Origin: the human T2T-CHM13v2.0 reference genome, Homo sapiens
Direction: 5' to 3' (one strand)
Length of the DNA stretch: 64,000 nt
NCBI RefSeq assembly: GCF_009914755.1
Contig: NC_060935.1
Within the stretch, counting starts at the first letter, position 1, and each line of letters starts with the position of its first letter. The notes beneath the pieces were generated by a model that ran no database searches, had not been told where the DNA came from, and saw only the letters and a program-made list of their open reading frames with translations. Made by a program: the position numbers and the translations under genes. Positions 1 through 13,391 of this stretch are shown in pieces.

Positions 1-59
1 CTTCTATTTCCAATACTACTGCCTTAGTGTAGGCCTCATCATCTTGCACTTAGATTAAT

Positions 60-205
60 AATGACAACTGATATTTATTGAGGGTGTTCTAGGTACTGGG
101 CACTGTTCTAAGCTCTTTCCATGTTTTAACTTTAATCTTCACAATAACCTTATTATGTAGGTGCTAATATCATGCTATTTTACAGATAAAGAACCTGAGG
201 CCCAG
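60..205 (-). mobile_element. MIR SINE fragment
   Basis: MIR core-like ttttacagataaagaacctgaggcccaga. Confidence 0.65.
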
Positions 206-879
206 ATGAGGCTGCTGCAGCAACCTCTTGACAGGTCTACTGGACTTCGGCCTCATCCCTTCCTAGCCATTCTTTCCCTGATAACCTGAAGGGCTAAAAC
301 GCCACTCAAATCAGGTGCCTGTCTTGCCTAAAGTGCTCACTGGCTTCTCCTTGCCCTTTCGGTAAAGATAATGCCCCATTAACATGGGTTTATGAGGCCC
401 TCCATGCTCTGGCCCCTGCCTACCTGTCTGGTCTAATCTGCTAATCCCCAACATGCACCCTTTGCTCCAGCCATCTGAATTACTTGTGCGATGAAGTGGA
501 GAATTTAATTCAATAGAAATGCCTCACAAGAATGTTTTGGAAGCAAAACATTCCAAAAGGTGAAGAACCAAACATTCCAGGGAGCTCTTTCTCACTTTCC
601 TCAGTTGGAAGTGAGGGAGAATGGTGGTGGATGGAATCTCCGGGTCCTACAGCTGTCTCAGAGTGGCCCAGCATGGCCAGCAAGCCTGGTGGTCCGTTTT
701 AGTTGGGAAGGGGGCCTGCATGGTATGTGTGTTGGGAGGAGATGGAGGAGGGACAAAGGTAAAGGAAGAAGCAAGGGGGTGTGAGGTGGAGGAATGTGCA
801 AGGGGCCATCTAGAGAGACTTCTGGTACTTTGTGGCATGCTGTGTAAAGTCCCTTTAGGAAAATCTAAAGGAGAGACCT

Positions 880-1265
880 ACTGTTCACCTAAATTCATTC
901 ACCCCTTCTTCCATAGTAAATAGCACATTTCCCTGATGACCTTGTACTGAGTGGGGCCATGTAGTTCTTGACAATGGAATGTGAGTAGAAGAGATGTATG
1001 TTACTTCCACCTCATTTGCTTAAGAGGGATTCCCTAGTCTGGACTTGCATGCTTTCTTCCCCTCCTGTTGGTGGGAATGGTGACAACTAGAACAACTCTG
1101 GAGAGTTGCTGTCAGTCTGGGTCCCTGAATGACTCTGTGAAGCAGAACCACCCATTGGCCTAAAATGCTACTCACCTTGGAACTGTTACATGAAAAAGAG
1201 AAACACTTCAATATTTTTCGAGCCATGAATTATTGTTGTTATAATAACCTAGCCTATCCTGATAC
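880..1265 (+). mobile_element. Old MaLR LTR (MLT1J-like)
   Basis: caatggaatgtgagtagaagagatgtatgttacttcc resembles MLT1 consensus. Confidence 0.45.
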
Positions 1266-1579
1266 ATCCCATAAGAAGTTGCAAATGGAAATTAGATTTT
1301 TATCCCAACCTCCATGATAATTAGTGCCTTAAGAAATCAATAATCTGTTTGGATCATGAGAAGGTCAATTGTCAGACCTGCTTGGAAGGTTTCAGGCTGC
1401 TGTCCTGCTCCACCATCTGAGACCAGATCTGCTGGATCTTGGTTTCTACCATGATACTTGTGATCATGTAGGCTTTAGAATAACTGTCATGAGCTGGTTT
1501 CTACCAGAAAATTGAGCAATTTACAGAAAATATCATTCCTGGAATAAACTTTTGAGACCTGTTTAGAACATGCCTGAAT

Positions 1580-2095
1580 CCTTACAATGGCTTACGAGGC
1601 CCTGGAAAATCAGCCAACATCTTTATCCCTGTCACCTCTCTGCTCTTACCTGCTACTGCCCTCTCCCTCACATACTCCACTCTCGTTGAATTGTTCGCCT
1701 TGCTGCTCCATAAACATTTCAAGCATGCTCCTACCTCAGAGTCTTGGTGTATGTTGTTCTCTTTTTCTAGAATGTTCTCCCAGATAGCTACTTGACTTGC
1801 ACCTCCTTCAGATCTTTGCTCAAATGTTATCTTCTCAGTGAGACCTCCCTATTTACAATTATAACTCCCAGCAGCCTATACCTCTCTACCCTACTTAATT
1901 TTCTCAGTAGTGCTTATACCATCAGAATGCTGAATGATTTTCCATCTTTTTGGTTTATTGCATGTTTCTCTCCCAAGAATATCAGCCTGATGAAGATAAG
2001 GCTTTTAGTCTGTTTTGTTTACTACTGTACTTTCATTATCAAGAACAGTATCCGATACATACTAGGCACTCAATACTTGTGGAATTGAATGTGTG
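1580..2095 (+). mobile_element. L2 LINE 3' fragment
   Basis: ctcaaatgttatcttctcagtgag and terminal taggcactcaatacttgtggaattgaatg. Confidence 0.65.
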
Positions 2096-2507
2096 AACAT
2101 TCCACAGAAAGAACAGAGGGATTGAGAGCCTTAGAAGTTAGAGATCTGCCAGTGTCTACATGAGAGGTCATAGGGCCCACACTCCAAATGCTATGTGCCT
2201 CATTTCACCAGAATGAGTGCATGTCAATATGGATAGTGTCTAGGCTGTATGTGCTGAGGATATAACCACACGCCAGTGAGCAGGAGAGAAGTGTTTTTTC
2301 TTCACAGTCAGACTGGGAAACCTACTATGGAAAAATTGTCTACTGGAGGATTATCATCCTTCAATGACATTTAGAAGCTTGGAAGGAAGAGTGATTTGTG
2401 GTTAAATATTTTTAAAAAATTGAACTTCAATTGCACTCTAAATTGCTCCCAGAGATTTCATGGTTAATGAAGCACATCAGAACTGATGAGAAAAATATGG
2501 CCATGGC

Positions 2508-2570
2508 TTCCCTAAAGATCAACACAAATCTGTTTTCCCTGAAGACCAACACAAATCTTCCCTGAAGATC
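2508..2570. repeat. Short tandem repeat, ~2.5 x ttccct(a/g)aaga(t/c)caacacaaatc
   Basis: Read directly. Confidence 0.85.
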
Positions 2571-2724
2571 AGGAGAAAGCTTTGCAAATAATGCCATAAT
2601 AACCTTATAAAGTAGGTACTCGTGTTATTTCTTTTTATAGACAAAGAATCTGATCTCACAGGGTAAGTGGCTTGCCCAAGCATGGCTTGGTTCATTTCAA
2701 GACAGAGACTGAAACTCAGATCTG
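2569..2724 (+). repeat. Block A, direct duplicate of 5074-5230 (contains MIR sequence)
   Basis: Shared tcaggagaaagctttgcaa...taataaccttataaagtaggtact...ttcatttcaaga. Confidence 0.9.
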
Positions 2725-2735
2725 AGATCTGCAAC

Positions 2736-3187
2736 TGTTATGGGTTGACTTGTGTCCCTCCAAAAAATACATTGAAGTTTTAACTCTTCGTGGATCAGAA
2801 TACGACCTCATTTGGAAATAGAGTTGTTGTAGATGTAATTAGCTAAGTTATAATATGAGGAGATTATACTGAGGTAGAGTGGGTTCTTAATTCACTATGA
2901 CTCGTGTTCTTATAAGAAGACAAGAGAGAGACACATGGGGATGTTATGATCCACAGAGGCAGAGATTGGACTGATGCGTCTACAAGCTGGGGAATGCCAA
3001 GGGTTTCCGGCAACCACCAGAAGCTGGCAGAGGCAAGGAAGGATTCTTCCCTAGAGCCTTTGGAGAGGACACACCAACACCTTGAGTTTGGATTTCTAGC
3101 CTCCAGATCTGTGAGACAATAAAATCTGTTGTTCTGAGCCACCCAATTTGTTGTGCTTTGTTATGGTAGCCCTAGGAAACTAATATA
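2736..3187 (+). mobile_element. MaLR solo LTR (MLT1C-like)
   Basis: Starts tgttatgggttgacttgtgtccc, ends gccctaggaaactaata; ~450 bp. Confidence 0.8.
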
Positions 3188-3351
3188 CGGCACGATTCCT
3201 GAATATTTGAAGGAACTGCTGGCTTTATAAGGGGTGATTGGAAGAGGATTGGGACTAGACAAGCATGGCAATGAGGGAACCAGATGTGGAGCAAATGGGA
3301 GAGATTTTTAAAGGCATCCTGGAATTTCTGGGAGAGAGGAAGGTATTTAGA

Positions 3352-3510
3352 GAGAATTTTGGCATGCTTTCTGTGCAAAGACCCTAAGAAGGCCCTTTTA
3401 AGAAAACTTAGGCTAGATGTCTTGATTATTACTCAGGGTGTCAAGAGTGTGACTTGTGTTTCCCTTGACTGTGTCTCCATGGTAGTCTGAGCCATGCAAG
3501 TCCTTGGATT
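3352..3510 (+). repeat. Block B, direct duplicate of 4287-4445
   Basis: Shared gagaattttggcatgctttctgt...agatgtcttgattattactca...agtccttggatt. Confidence 0.9.
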
Positions 3511-3804
3511 CCATCAGGTTACACTACAGAAGCTCCATGCTATTGCATTTCTCTTTGCTTTGGTGCTGGTTATGATCCCCTTATTCTAGTAGTGTTGGCA
3601 GTCCTTTGAAACTCATGTCAATATCGTCTTTTTGGAGAGCCAGGAACTTCTTTTATGGTCGTCTGGCACAAACAGGTGGTCAATAAGTGTTTGTCAGTTC
3701 GATAAATGGATAAGAGTGTCTAGCCGCCCAGGGTAGGTAAGGTGCTCCTCATTTCCCTTTCTTGTTCTTACCTCCAATAGGGCACCTATTACATGGCATT
3801 CTAA

Positions 3805-4193
<389 letters not shown>

Positions 4194-4360
4194 TTGAGGT
4201 TTTATCTCTAATAGCTAGCAGAATAGTTGCTACATAGTATATGTTAATGTTTCCTCAACAAATAATTAATGAGTGAACAGGGCTGGGAGAATTTTGGCAT
4301 GCTTTCTGTACCAAGACCCTGAGGAGGCCCTGTTAAGAAAACCTATAGCAGATGTCTTGA

Positions 4361-4912
<552 letters not shown>

Positions 4913-7900
4913 TAGTTCAGTGTTCTTGACCATCTTTTTCCTTTCTTGGAATGTAGCCGAGCCCCAAGGGAGCTGGGTTCTGGAAGGAAAGGGTAGGAAA
5001 CTCACTGCCATGCCTTTCTGTATGGGCTGATGCATCAGGAAGGTGGTGGGGAAGAAAGAGAAAAGCACGATGCTCAGGAGAAAGCTTTGCAATTAATGGC
5101 GTAATAACCTTATAAAGTAGGTACTATTGTTATCTCTTTTTATAGACAAAGAACCTGAGGCTCAGAGGGTAAGTGGCTTGCTCAAGCATAGCTTAATTCA
5201 TTTCAAGAAAGAGACTCAAACTCAGGTCTGCTGGACCCAAGATGCTACCCTTGGCCCTGAGCACAGCTCCTTGATGCCTCCCTGCGTGCCGTGCTCTGAG
5301 GCCTGGGCTGCTGAAGGAAAGGCACCATACACGGGAGCTGTTACTGTGAGCCACTGTAAGACAGCATAGCCCAGCATAGGCTGGGATTGTGGTCAAGGAG
5401 GCAGTCAAGGTCAGAGCCAGATAAGCTGCTCTGACATCATATCCAAAGTGTGAGCAGCAAGAAGTGAGGCTAGGTGGCCCCTGCAGAGCATGAGGCAGAA
5501 AGTGGGCTGTAGAGAGTCAGGACGAGCCATTTGTGATCAGGACCATGATCAGCAGGATGGGGCCCTGCTGTGTGTGCGGGGAGCTGGCTGAACCAGGAAA
5601 CAGCCTGCCTTAGTTCAGGGGCCTTTTGGAGCTAGGTCAGGTCTAGCTTAGGGGAGAATTGCTGCTGCCCATGTGCATTCCTGGATCCCTAGAGGAACCT
5701 GTGCTGGGGCACAAGGACCAGAGAGGATGAGCCAGGTATCTTGGGGACAGTCAAAAAGACATCAGTTTCCAGCTCTGCCACTTAGGAGCTATGTGTTCTG
5801 GGGCCAATTACTTAACCTCCGTGTGGCTCAGCCTCTTCATCAGTACCCACAGGTACCTAGTACCTGCTTCTCAGGCTTGTGAATGACATAGGAATGAAAA
5901 GCACCCAGCACTTATACCTGGAAAACAATAGGCACTCAATTCACAATAGCTGTCTTATTATTATTGTCACTATTAATGCCATTAAGTCATTGTAAGGCCT
6001 GTGCTCACAGGGACAGCTCATGCAGTAGAAAGGGCATGGATTCTGTAGTCAGGACCTCCCAACACCCCCCGTCTTCTGTAAAAGCTTGACCCACCATCAT
6101 GTCTGGGAAGGCCACCTTCTGGATCTGAGCCCGGTGTATTCCTCTGTAAAATGGGGACAATAGTGCCTGATTTGCAGGGTCACGAGAGAAGGGATGCAAA
6201 CACCAGCCCAGGTCCCTGCGTACAGTGGGTGCTCACTGGTGAGTTCCTGATCCTGGAGAGCTCACAGGAAGGTCCCACCTCCTCCTGCGCACATAATCAG
6301 GGGCTTTCTCGGTCAGGGCTGTCAATAGGGATCAGGCTGGCTTGAAAAGTGGTTTGGGTGGGGCTCTCAGGCCTTTTCCCAGGAGTCAGATTGGAGGCGA
6401 GGAAAGAGATGGAGGAGGATGAGCCCCCGGCAGGGCTGAGGGTGGGCAAATGGGGGTGTGAAGCAGAAGTGCTGCTGGAGATGAGAGATGGGCAACTGGG
6501 GACTGGGGATTGGGATGAAGGAGGGTCAGAGGCGGCTGACCAGAGACCCGGCAGGGGACCCTCCCAGGGTGGAAGTCTGCTCACAAGAGGCCTCACTGGG
6601 CAGCCTCTCTGCTTCTCCAGCAGCTGACCTGGGGCCTCCTTGGAGCAGTCTTCCACCCTGGAGAGGGTGGGGGACGGGCTTCTTGCAGCCCTGGAGACAA
6701 GGCAGGGAGGCTCAAGGCCCAGAGACGAAGCCCAGGGCCCTTAGAGAGATGGGTCTTGCTCATCCATGGCCAGGCCCAGGCCCTGAGGCCCACAAGCTGA
6801 GGTTCAGTGGTGGGGACTATGGGGTACGTGCCTCTCCAGGGAGCCCAGAGTCCAGAATTCGTGTTCCCATGCTTTCTAGACTTAAAGGCCTTTGTTTCCT
6901 CTTAATGTCCTAGTAAAGCTCATTCTGAAAAATCCTGACCTTCTCTGCTGCACCAAGAGAAAGGAATTTGTGGTCACCCCTGCCAGGAAAGCTTAGGGGA
7001 TCAGAAGGGGGAGGGAGACCGCCTCCACTCCTGTCCAGACCCAGTGCTGGGCTTGTGCACTCCACCAGCTCAGCCCTCCAGCCCTCTTGCCCCCTCCAAG
7101 AGGGACCCTCCTTAAAATCCCCATTCTACAGATGAGGGGACTGAAGCTGGAGTGGCGAGGTCACTTGCCAGGTTGCTGACTGTGGGGGAGGAGCTGGATC
7201 TGAGCAGAAGAGGAGGGCCAGGCTGAGGAGGGAGGCAAAGTCAGGGCCTGGGTGAGCTAGAAACAACTGTGAGAGCTGGCTCCCCTTTTTACCAGGGGAT
7301 CCCCCTCTCTTGTGATGGGGACAAACCCTCTAGTTCTCAGACATCCCTATTAACAACAACAGCAAAAAAGCATGGCACCAGCAAGGAGTGCAGCTAACAT
7401 GAAGATGGAATGCTGTGTGCCAGGCCCTGGGCTCAGTACTGTGCTTGCGTTATCCCCGTTCACCCTCACACTTGCTTTCTTAGCCCTTTTTACGGATGAG
7501 GAATCCGAGACTTCTAGGGATCATGATATTCCTGATCATTGGCAGAGGCAGGTTGTGAGCTCTGGTTCACGATCCCACACTGTTTGCGAGATGGCCCCTT
7601 GCTTCTACTAACAGGTGTCACCTGGACTGATCTCGCTCTTCACCAAATACCCTGCCTTCCTCATTACCACCCTCTTCACCTGGAGCCAACGCATCGGTTT
7701 CCCGCCTCTGTGTCAGAGACCTACTTCTAGGTAAGGTCCAGCTACTGCTCTTCTCTAGCTGAGGGGCACCAGAACCTGACCCAAGCACATGGAACTGGAC
7801 TTGTTATGGCTGAACCACAAACAGAAAGATGAAAGGGTTCTGCCCTTGCTGTGCTGGTACCAGTGTGGCTGGCTGGGTCCAGCCACTAATGCATTAATGG

Positions 7901-8449
7901 CCGGGCAGGGACACTTCCTAAGTGCTCTCACAGCTGAGAGTTCTAGGGATCTGGCACCTGATGAATGCCTGGGCCAGACCTGACCCAGAGAAGGGTGCGG
8001 TGCCCTGAGGCCTGGTGACCCCCGGCGTCCTGCTGGGATGGCGGTTCACACTATCTCAGCTGCTGAAATGGTGACTGGGAACTGGCTCAAGCGTGAACTG
8101 ATGCTTGACTGGGTACAAGACCTGCAACCTCTCTCTCCGTCTGGCCTTTCTAGAGGCTTCTCGAGGGGTTTTCTGGAAAGGAAGCCACTTCCCAGCAGTG
8201 AGCGGTGTCTACATCCCTCCCGTCTGTCTCTCCCGCCAGGCTCTGAGGGGGCAAGTCCTTCATTCAGTGTTGATTGAGCACTTGCCATGCATCTAGTCCT
8301 GTGATGACAGGGTGGGTGAGAGAGGCACAGTCTCTGCCCTGGAGAAGCTACTAAAGGCAGGGAAGGAGGATCTGTGATGTCCCTGGGCAGCAGGGTGCAC
8401 AGTCAGCCTCACGGATTGTGGGTTGGGGGTTGTGCATTCCTGAGGAGCA

Positions 8450-8670
8450 TAGGCTCTGGAGCCTGACTCCTGACTTTGACTCCCCACTCCATCCTGTATG
8501 AAACGTGAGGCCTTGGGCCAATGACCTGTCCCTCAGTTTCCTCATCTGTGAAATGGGATAAGAAAGGTGCTAACCTTAGAGGGTTATTGTGAAGATGAAA
8601 TGAGTTTATGTGGCCGAAGTGCTTAGAACCATCTGGCACAGTGTGAGCATGCAGTAAATGTTATTGTGAT
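8450..8670 (+). mobile_element. MIR (further MIR fragments near 5770, 6050, 7400, 10290, 10520, 17580, 20350)
   Basis: cctcagtttcctcatctgtgaaatgggataa core. Confidence 0.75.
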
Positions 8671-9258
8671 GGTGATTTAATTGTTCTCTGTGAGATTTTT
8701 GTTTCTTTGGCTAGGTTCTGTGTTTTTGGAGGACATGGGCGGTGGGTTTTACTCCTCTTTGTCTTCCCAGGTCTCAGGTGCACGGCAAGTCACCTGTACA
8801 TTTGGAAACTTACTTATGGCTATTGAGGCATCTTTGACTCCCTCCCTGTCCCTCACTCCCTGCATCATTCAGTTGCATTCAGTTACCAGGTCCCAGAGAC
8901 TCCAACTTCCTGGCCTTCCTGGTATCTATTCTGACTGTCCCTTCTATCTGTCGTCTTTGTCCTGGATCCCTGTGCAGCTTGCTAACGGGTCTCCCTGCTG
9001 CTGGACTAAAACACTCCACAAACTACCCTCTAAGGGGCAGTCAGAGTGACGAGCCTTCGAAGGTGACCTGTGGTGTCACTCTCCTGCTTAACACCACCAC
9101 AGTCACTGGCTCCCCATTGCCCTTAGGACAAAGGCCACACCTTTACCTCTGTAGCATCCAAGCTGGGCCCTCTTGCTGTCCTCTCTAGCTCCATGTCTGG
9201 GGACCTCCATATCCTACTGCTCACTCCTCCAGCCTTCCCCTGGAAACTGCAATCTTGA

Positions 9259-9576
<318 letters not shown>

Positions 9577-11911
9577 TTTCTTCTTGCTTCTGTGCCTTTG
9601 CATTTGACCCTCCTTCCCCGCCACTCTTCCTTTTGCCTGGGGTTCACTGCTCACTAACTCTCACCTCCCAAAGTGCTGGGATTACAGGCATGAGCTACTG
9701 CGCCCGGCCTTTCTTCTTGCCTCTGTGTCTTTGCGTTTGACCCTTCTCCCCCACCATCCTTCCTTTTGCCTGGAGTGCGCTGCTCACTAACTCCTACCTC
9801 TCCATGCCCAGTGTGGGCATTACTGACTCCAGCAAGCCCGCCTCAATCCTCACTCCAGGCTGGTTAGATAACCCTCCCCTGGGCCTCAGAGCACTCTGAG
9901 TGTACAAAGCGCATATTCATTCATTCCACAGAACACCTCCTCTGTACCAGGCACTATTCTAGCTGCTGCAGATAAGAGTAGTAAACAAAGCAGCAGAAAA
10001 TCCCTGCCTTGGGAAACGTGTGTATTCCACCAAACTGCCCATGATCCTTGAGAGCGGGTCTGCGTCTCGCTGGTGGTGTGCTCCTGGAGGGAACGCAGGG
10101 CTAGCGGCTCTTCGACTTTATGTCCTCAGTATTATGCACTGGGTGTCAATAAATGGATACTTGATGGGTTTCAGGCATTATGCTTGGTGCTGGGGGGAGA
10201 AAGTAGCAAACATGACAGGGAGGAGATATAATCTAGGTATATGAGAGCAGCAAATGTCATGGTGTGGAGGGCAGGTGTGTGTGTTTGGGTCCTGAATCTG
10301 CCACTTATTAGCTGTGTGACCTCGAGCAAGCTACTTAACCTCTCTGTGCTTCAGTTTCCCCATCTGAGAGAGAGAATTACAATACAAACTATCTTACAGT
10401 GTGTTCAGGAAGGTTAAAAGTGTTAATATCTGTGAAGCTCTTAGAACAATGCCTACCACATAGTAAGCACTTTATATAAAAATATTTGTTAAACAAATGA
10501 ATAACAATCACACAGACTCTGAACATAGCCCTAAATTCAAATCCTGCCTCTGCCAGGTTCTAGCCGTGTATAACATGGGAAGGTCATGGAATCAAGCTGA
10601 GCCTCAGTTTCCTCATCTGTGAACTGGAGATAATACTTCTCTTAAAGAGATTACATCTCCTGGGCCTCCAGGAACCCACAGATGTATAGTGCTTGGCACC
10701 AGGTAAGGGCTTTGCAACGAACGCATCTCTTCTCATGAGGCAAAACAGGCTCCTGCCCTTGAGGGGTTCATGGTACCCAAGGGAGGATGAAAACACTGGT
10801 CTCTGCTCACTGCTCAGACGCCACCTCCTCCATGAAGCCTCCCTTGAATCCAACAGTTTCTCCCTCATTTGGACCCCCGTAAACATTTGTCTCCCTGTAC
10901 TTCTTATGGGCTTTAGCTGTAAATTCCAGTTCTGAAACTGACCAGCCATGTGGCACTGGACAATCATTTCCTTTCTCTGGGTCTTAGGTTTTTTATTTTT
11001 AAAAATTCTGTAAGGGGAGATAGAAATCACCTTCAACGGAGCATCACGTTGGAATCAAACAAGACAGTGTCTACAAAGCCCCCAAATGTGCCTGTCAGTT
11101 AGTGACGCCCAATACATGCCAATCCCCAATTTCTCATCTTCATCCTATCATAGGCTCCTGACTGGCCTGTCAGTTCATTGAAGAGTCTGATTTAACTCTG
11201 GATTTCCCCGAGGTGGCAGGTGAGAGAGTCAATGAATCAGTGAAGGGCTGTGGGAATGAGAGGTGAACCCATGAGTGACTGTGTGTGTGTGGATGAGACA
11301 TTTTCTGGGTCTGCTGTGGAGTGTTTCAAGCCTCCCCTCTGTGCGGTCCCTCCTCCACAGCCCTCCCACCTTGGGGTCTTTGCACAAGACGGACTTTTCC
11401 TCCTTTCCCTCACTGCCTGTTTGGCCCTTGACTGATGTTTATATCTCAGTTCCAGGGGCATTTCTGTAGGGAGGATTCCTTCAACACCCATTCCCCACGC
11501 CCTCACTCTCACACCCACCCCAGAGGTCGGTCATAGTGCAAGGTCACTTTGAAGTTGCAATTTTACACTTATTTGTGTGGTGTTTTCCTTAATGGGTGCT
11601 ATCTCCACCGGGCTGTAGACCCCCTGGGAGCAGGCATGGTGCATTTTTGTATTCCCAGAGCTTAGCTCTGTGCCCGTCACAGAACAGGCCCTCAGTAGCA
11701 GTTTGTTGAAGCACTGCTTGGACTCTGAGTGGGAAGAAGCCAAGGGTCTTGGTGCATGAGCTTCTGCACTCAGGTCCTTCCTCTTTGCCTGCCCAGTGAC
11801 CTGTCCTCAGTTCCTGGGAACACCAGACCCCAGCCTCCTCTGCTGCCCACCAGCGGTGCAGGGTATGGGGGTACGTGGGTAAGTGGAGGGAGAGGGTTTG
11901 CCCAGGCATAC

Positions 11912-12244
11912 CTCTGTCACAATGGAGTCCTTGGTGCTGTTGTAGACCCAGCCATCCAGGCATGGCTCCATGGCCCTCTGGGTGTCATTGGGCAGGCTGG
12001 CATTGGGCGGATGTACAAAACGGAGGCACCTCTCAGGCTTCCCATTTGGGCCCATGGGGAGCACCCAAGGCCCTGTGGAGGCATTGTGGGGCGGGCGACA
12101 GTGGTGGACAGGGGTGGCGGCTGTGAAGATCTGCAGCAGGTTGTGGTTGGCCATGTTGAGGATCGGGAGGCCCAGTATGGCTACATGCAGGAACTGGAAA
12201 TGGCCCATGCTTCCCACACGGTCCAGGATCTCCGAGAAGGTCAT
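11912..12244 (-). CDS. SLC22A8: Organic anion transporter 3, first coding exon (codons 1-111); exon spans 11912-12269 including 25 nt of 5' UTR
   Basis: Translation [27 protein letters not shown]...[17 protein letters not shown] is the OAT3 N-terminus (TM1 plus glycosylated loop). Kozak GCCATG; acceptor cccacag| at 12270-12271; donor GAG|gtatg at 11910-11911; 333 nt, phase 0. Confidence 0.97.
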
Positions 12245-13014
12245 GGCACTGGGGCAAGACGAGCCAGAGCTGTGGGCAGGGCATAGGCCAGGGAGAGGTA
12301 TATTTGTGCCTGGTAGTGCGTGGGTCTATGGAACGATATGTGGGAGGGTGAACCAGGTGGATATGCGAGCACAGGTGTGTGGAGCAGAGCATGTGTAAGT
12401 GTGTAAAGATGTGGAAGCTCAGGCATGTGGAGCCGCAGATTCTTGTGTGGATGTCTGAGGAAGAGCCCAGCTGCACGGAGGGCTGTGGGATCAAAGGTGG
12501 AAGTGTGTGTCCAGGTGTGTGGACACAAAGGTATCTATGGGTATGTGCTCATTTAGGCTGCAGCATAAGGACACAGCTGCGTGAGCTCGGGTATGTGTTG
12601 TGAGCGTGTGCACCTGCGGACACGAGCATGTGTGTGCTCAGCTAGGCTGGTTGCACATGCTGCATGCATGGAGCAGTGCAGGACACGTAGCAGGGACCAA
12701 GGGGCCCAGCCTTGGATGTTGGCTACAAAGGACAGATTAGAGGGTGGGTGGTGAATGTCCCCAGTTGCTCCAGGCAGATACACAGGGTTAGCAGAGTTCA
12801 GGTTGTCTGCTGGGAAAGGCCTCCCCAAGCTCAGAGCCTCCTGGCTTCTGGCAGTTCCCTGGGGCTGGGCCCACCATGCTGGAGTATCTGTAAGAGCCCG
12901 AAGCAGGTCTCAGAGGGCACTAGGGGCTTGGCTAGTCGCAAGTGGAGCCTGGCCTTGGGAGATTCCTGGGATTCCTAGGTGCCTGGGCTGGGGAGGCCCT
13001 CCATCCCTCCTCAC

Positions 13015-13125
13015 CTGGTGGCCGGGTCTGGATCCGATGGGGCTGGTGATCAGTGTAGTTGAGGTCCCTGCTCTGTCCTAGGGGCCGGCAGCTGCTGTAG
13101 TAGGGCAGCTCAGCTCTAACAAGCT
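13015..13125 (-). other. SLC22A8: Non-coding exon 1 (5' UTR); TSS approximate
   Basis: Donor CAG|gtgagg at 13013-13014; starts ~25-30 nt downstream of TATA; matches my recollection of the OAT3 mRNA leader. Confidence 0.85.
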
Positions 13126-13149
13126 GTGTTTGTGCCTCCCCCAGGGGGG

Positions 13150-13212
13150 CTTATATAAGGCATAAGCTGTTTCCCGGGCTAATGTTTGACTTTCTTTTGC
13201 GGATTAACGTCA
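13150..13212 (-). promoter_or_regulatory. SLC22A8: SLC22A8 proximal promoter: TATA box (13150-13159), HNF1-like site (~13178-13190), CRE-like TGACGTTA (13205-13212)
   Basis: Motifs read directly; order and spacing agree with known HNF1 and CREB/ATF1 regulation of OAT3. Confidence 0.8.
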
Positions 13213-13329
13213 CTGGCAGGGAGAGTGCTGTGGACCCACCAAGCCCAGCTCTCCTCAAAGGGCTGCCTCAGCGAGGGCCGCTGGGGGTGGGGCAGCGTGG
13301 CTGAGCCTAGCAGGGCTGCTGGCTGGACA

Positions 13330-13391
13330 CCACGGGCCCAAATGGGAAGTCTGAGACGTGCCTCCGTTTTGTACATCCGCCCAACGCGAGC
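13330..13391 (+). repeat. Inverted copy of SLC22A8 coding segment 11996-12057
   Basis: 57/62 ungapped identity to the reverse complement of 11996-12057. Confidence 0.95.

Noticed and set aside
2508-2570. Short repeats as a CRISPR-like array
   Set aside because: Eukaryotic DNA with no unique spacers; simple tandem duplication.
8471-8482. HNF4/DR1-like GAGTCAAAGTCA
   Set aside because: Imperfect short motif within a MIR; chance occurrence likely.
11807-11911. Extension of the 145-aa SLC22A8 ORF (VCLGKPS...)
   Set aside because: Read-through past the GT donor into intron.
11729-12494. Overlapping 142-185 aa ORFs around exon 2
   Set aside because: Shadow frames of GC-rich coding sequence with no recognisable protein.
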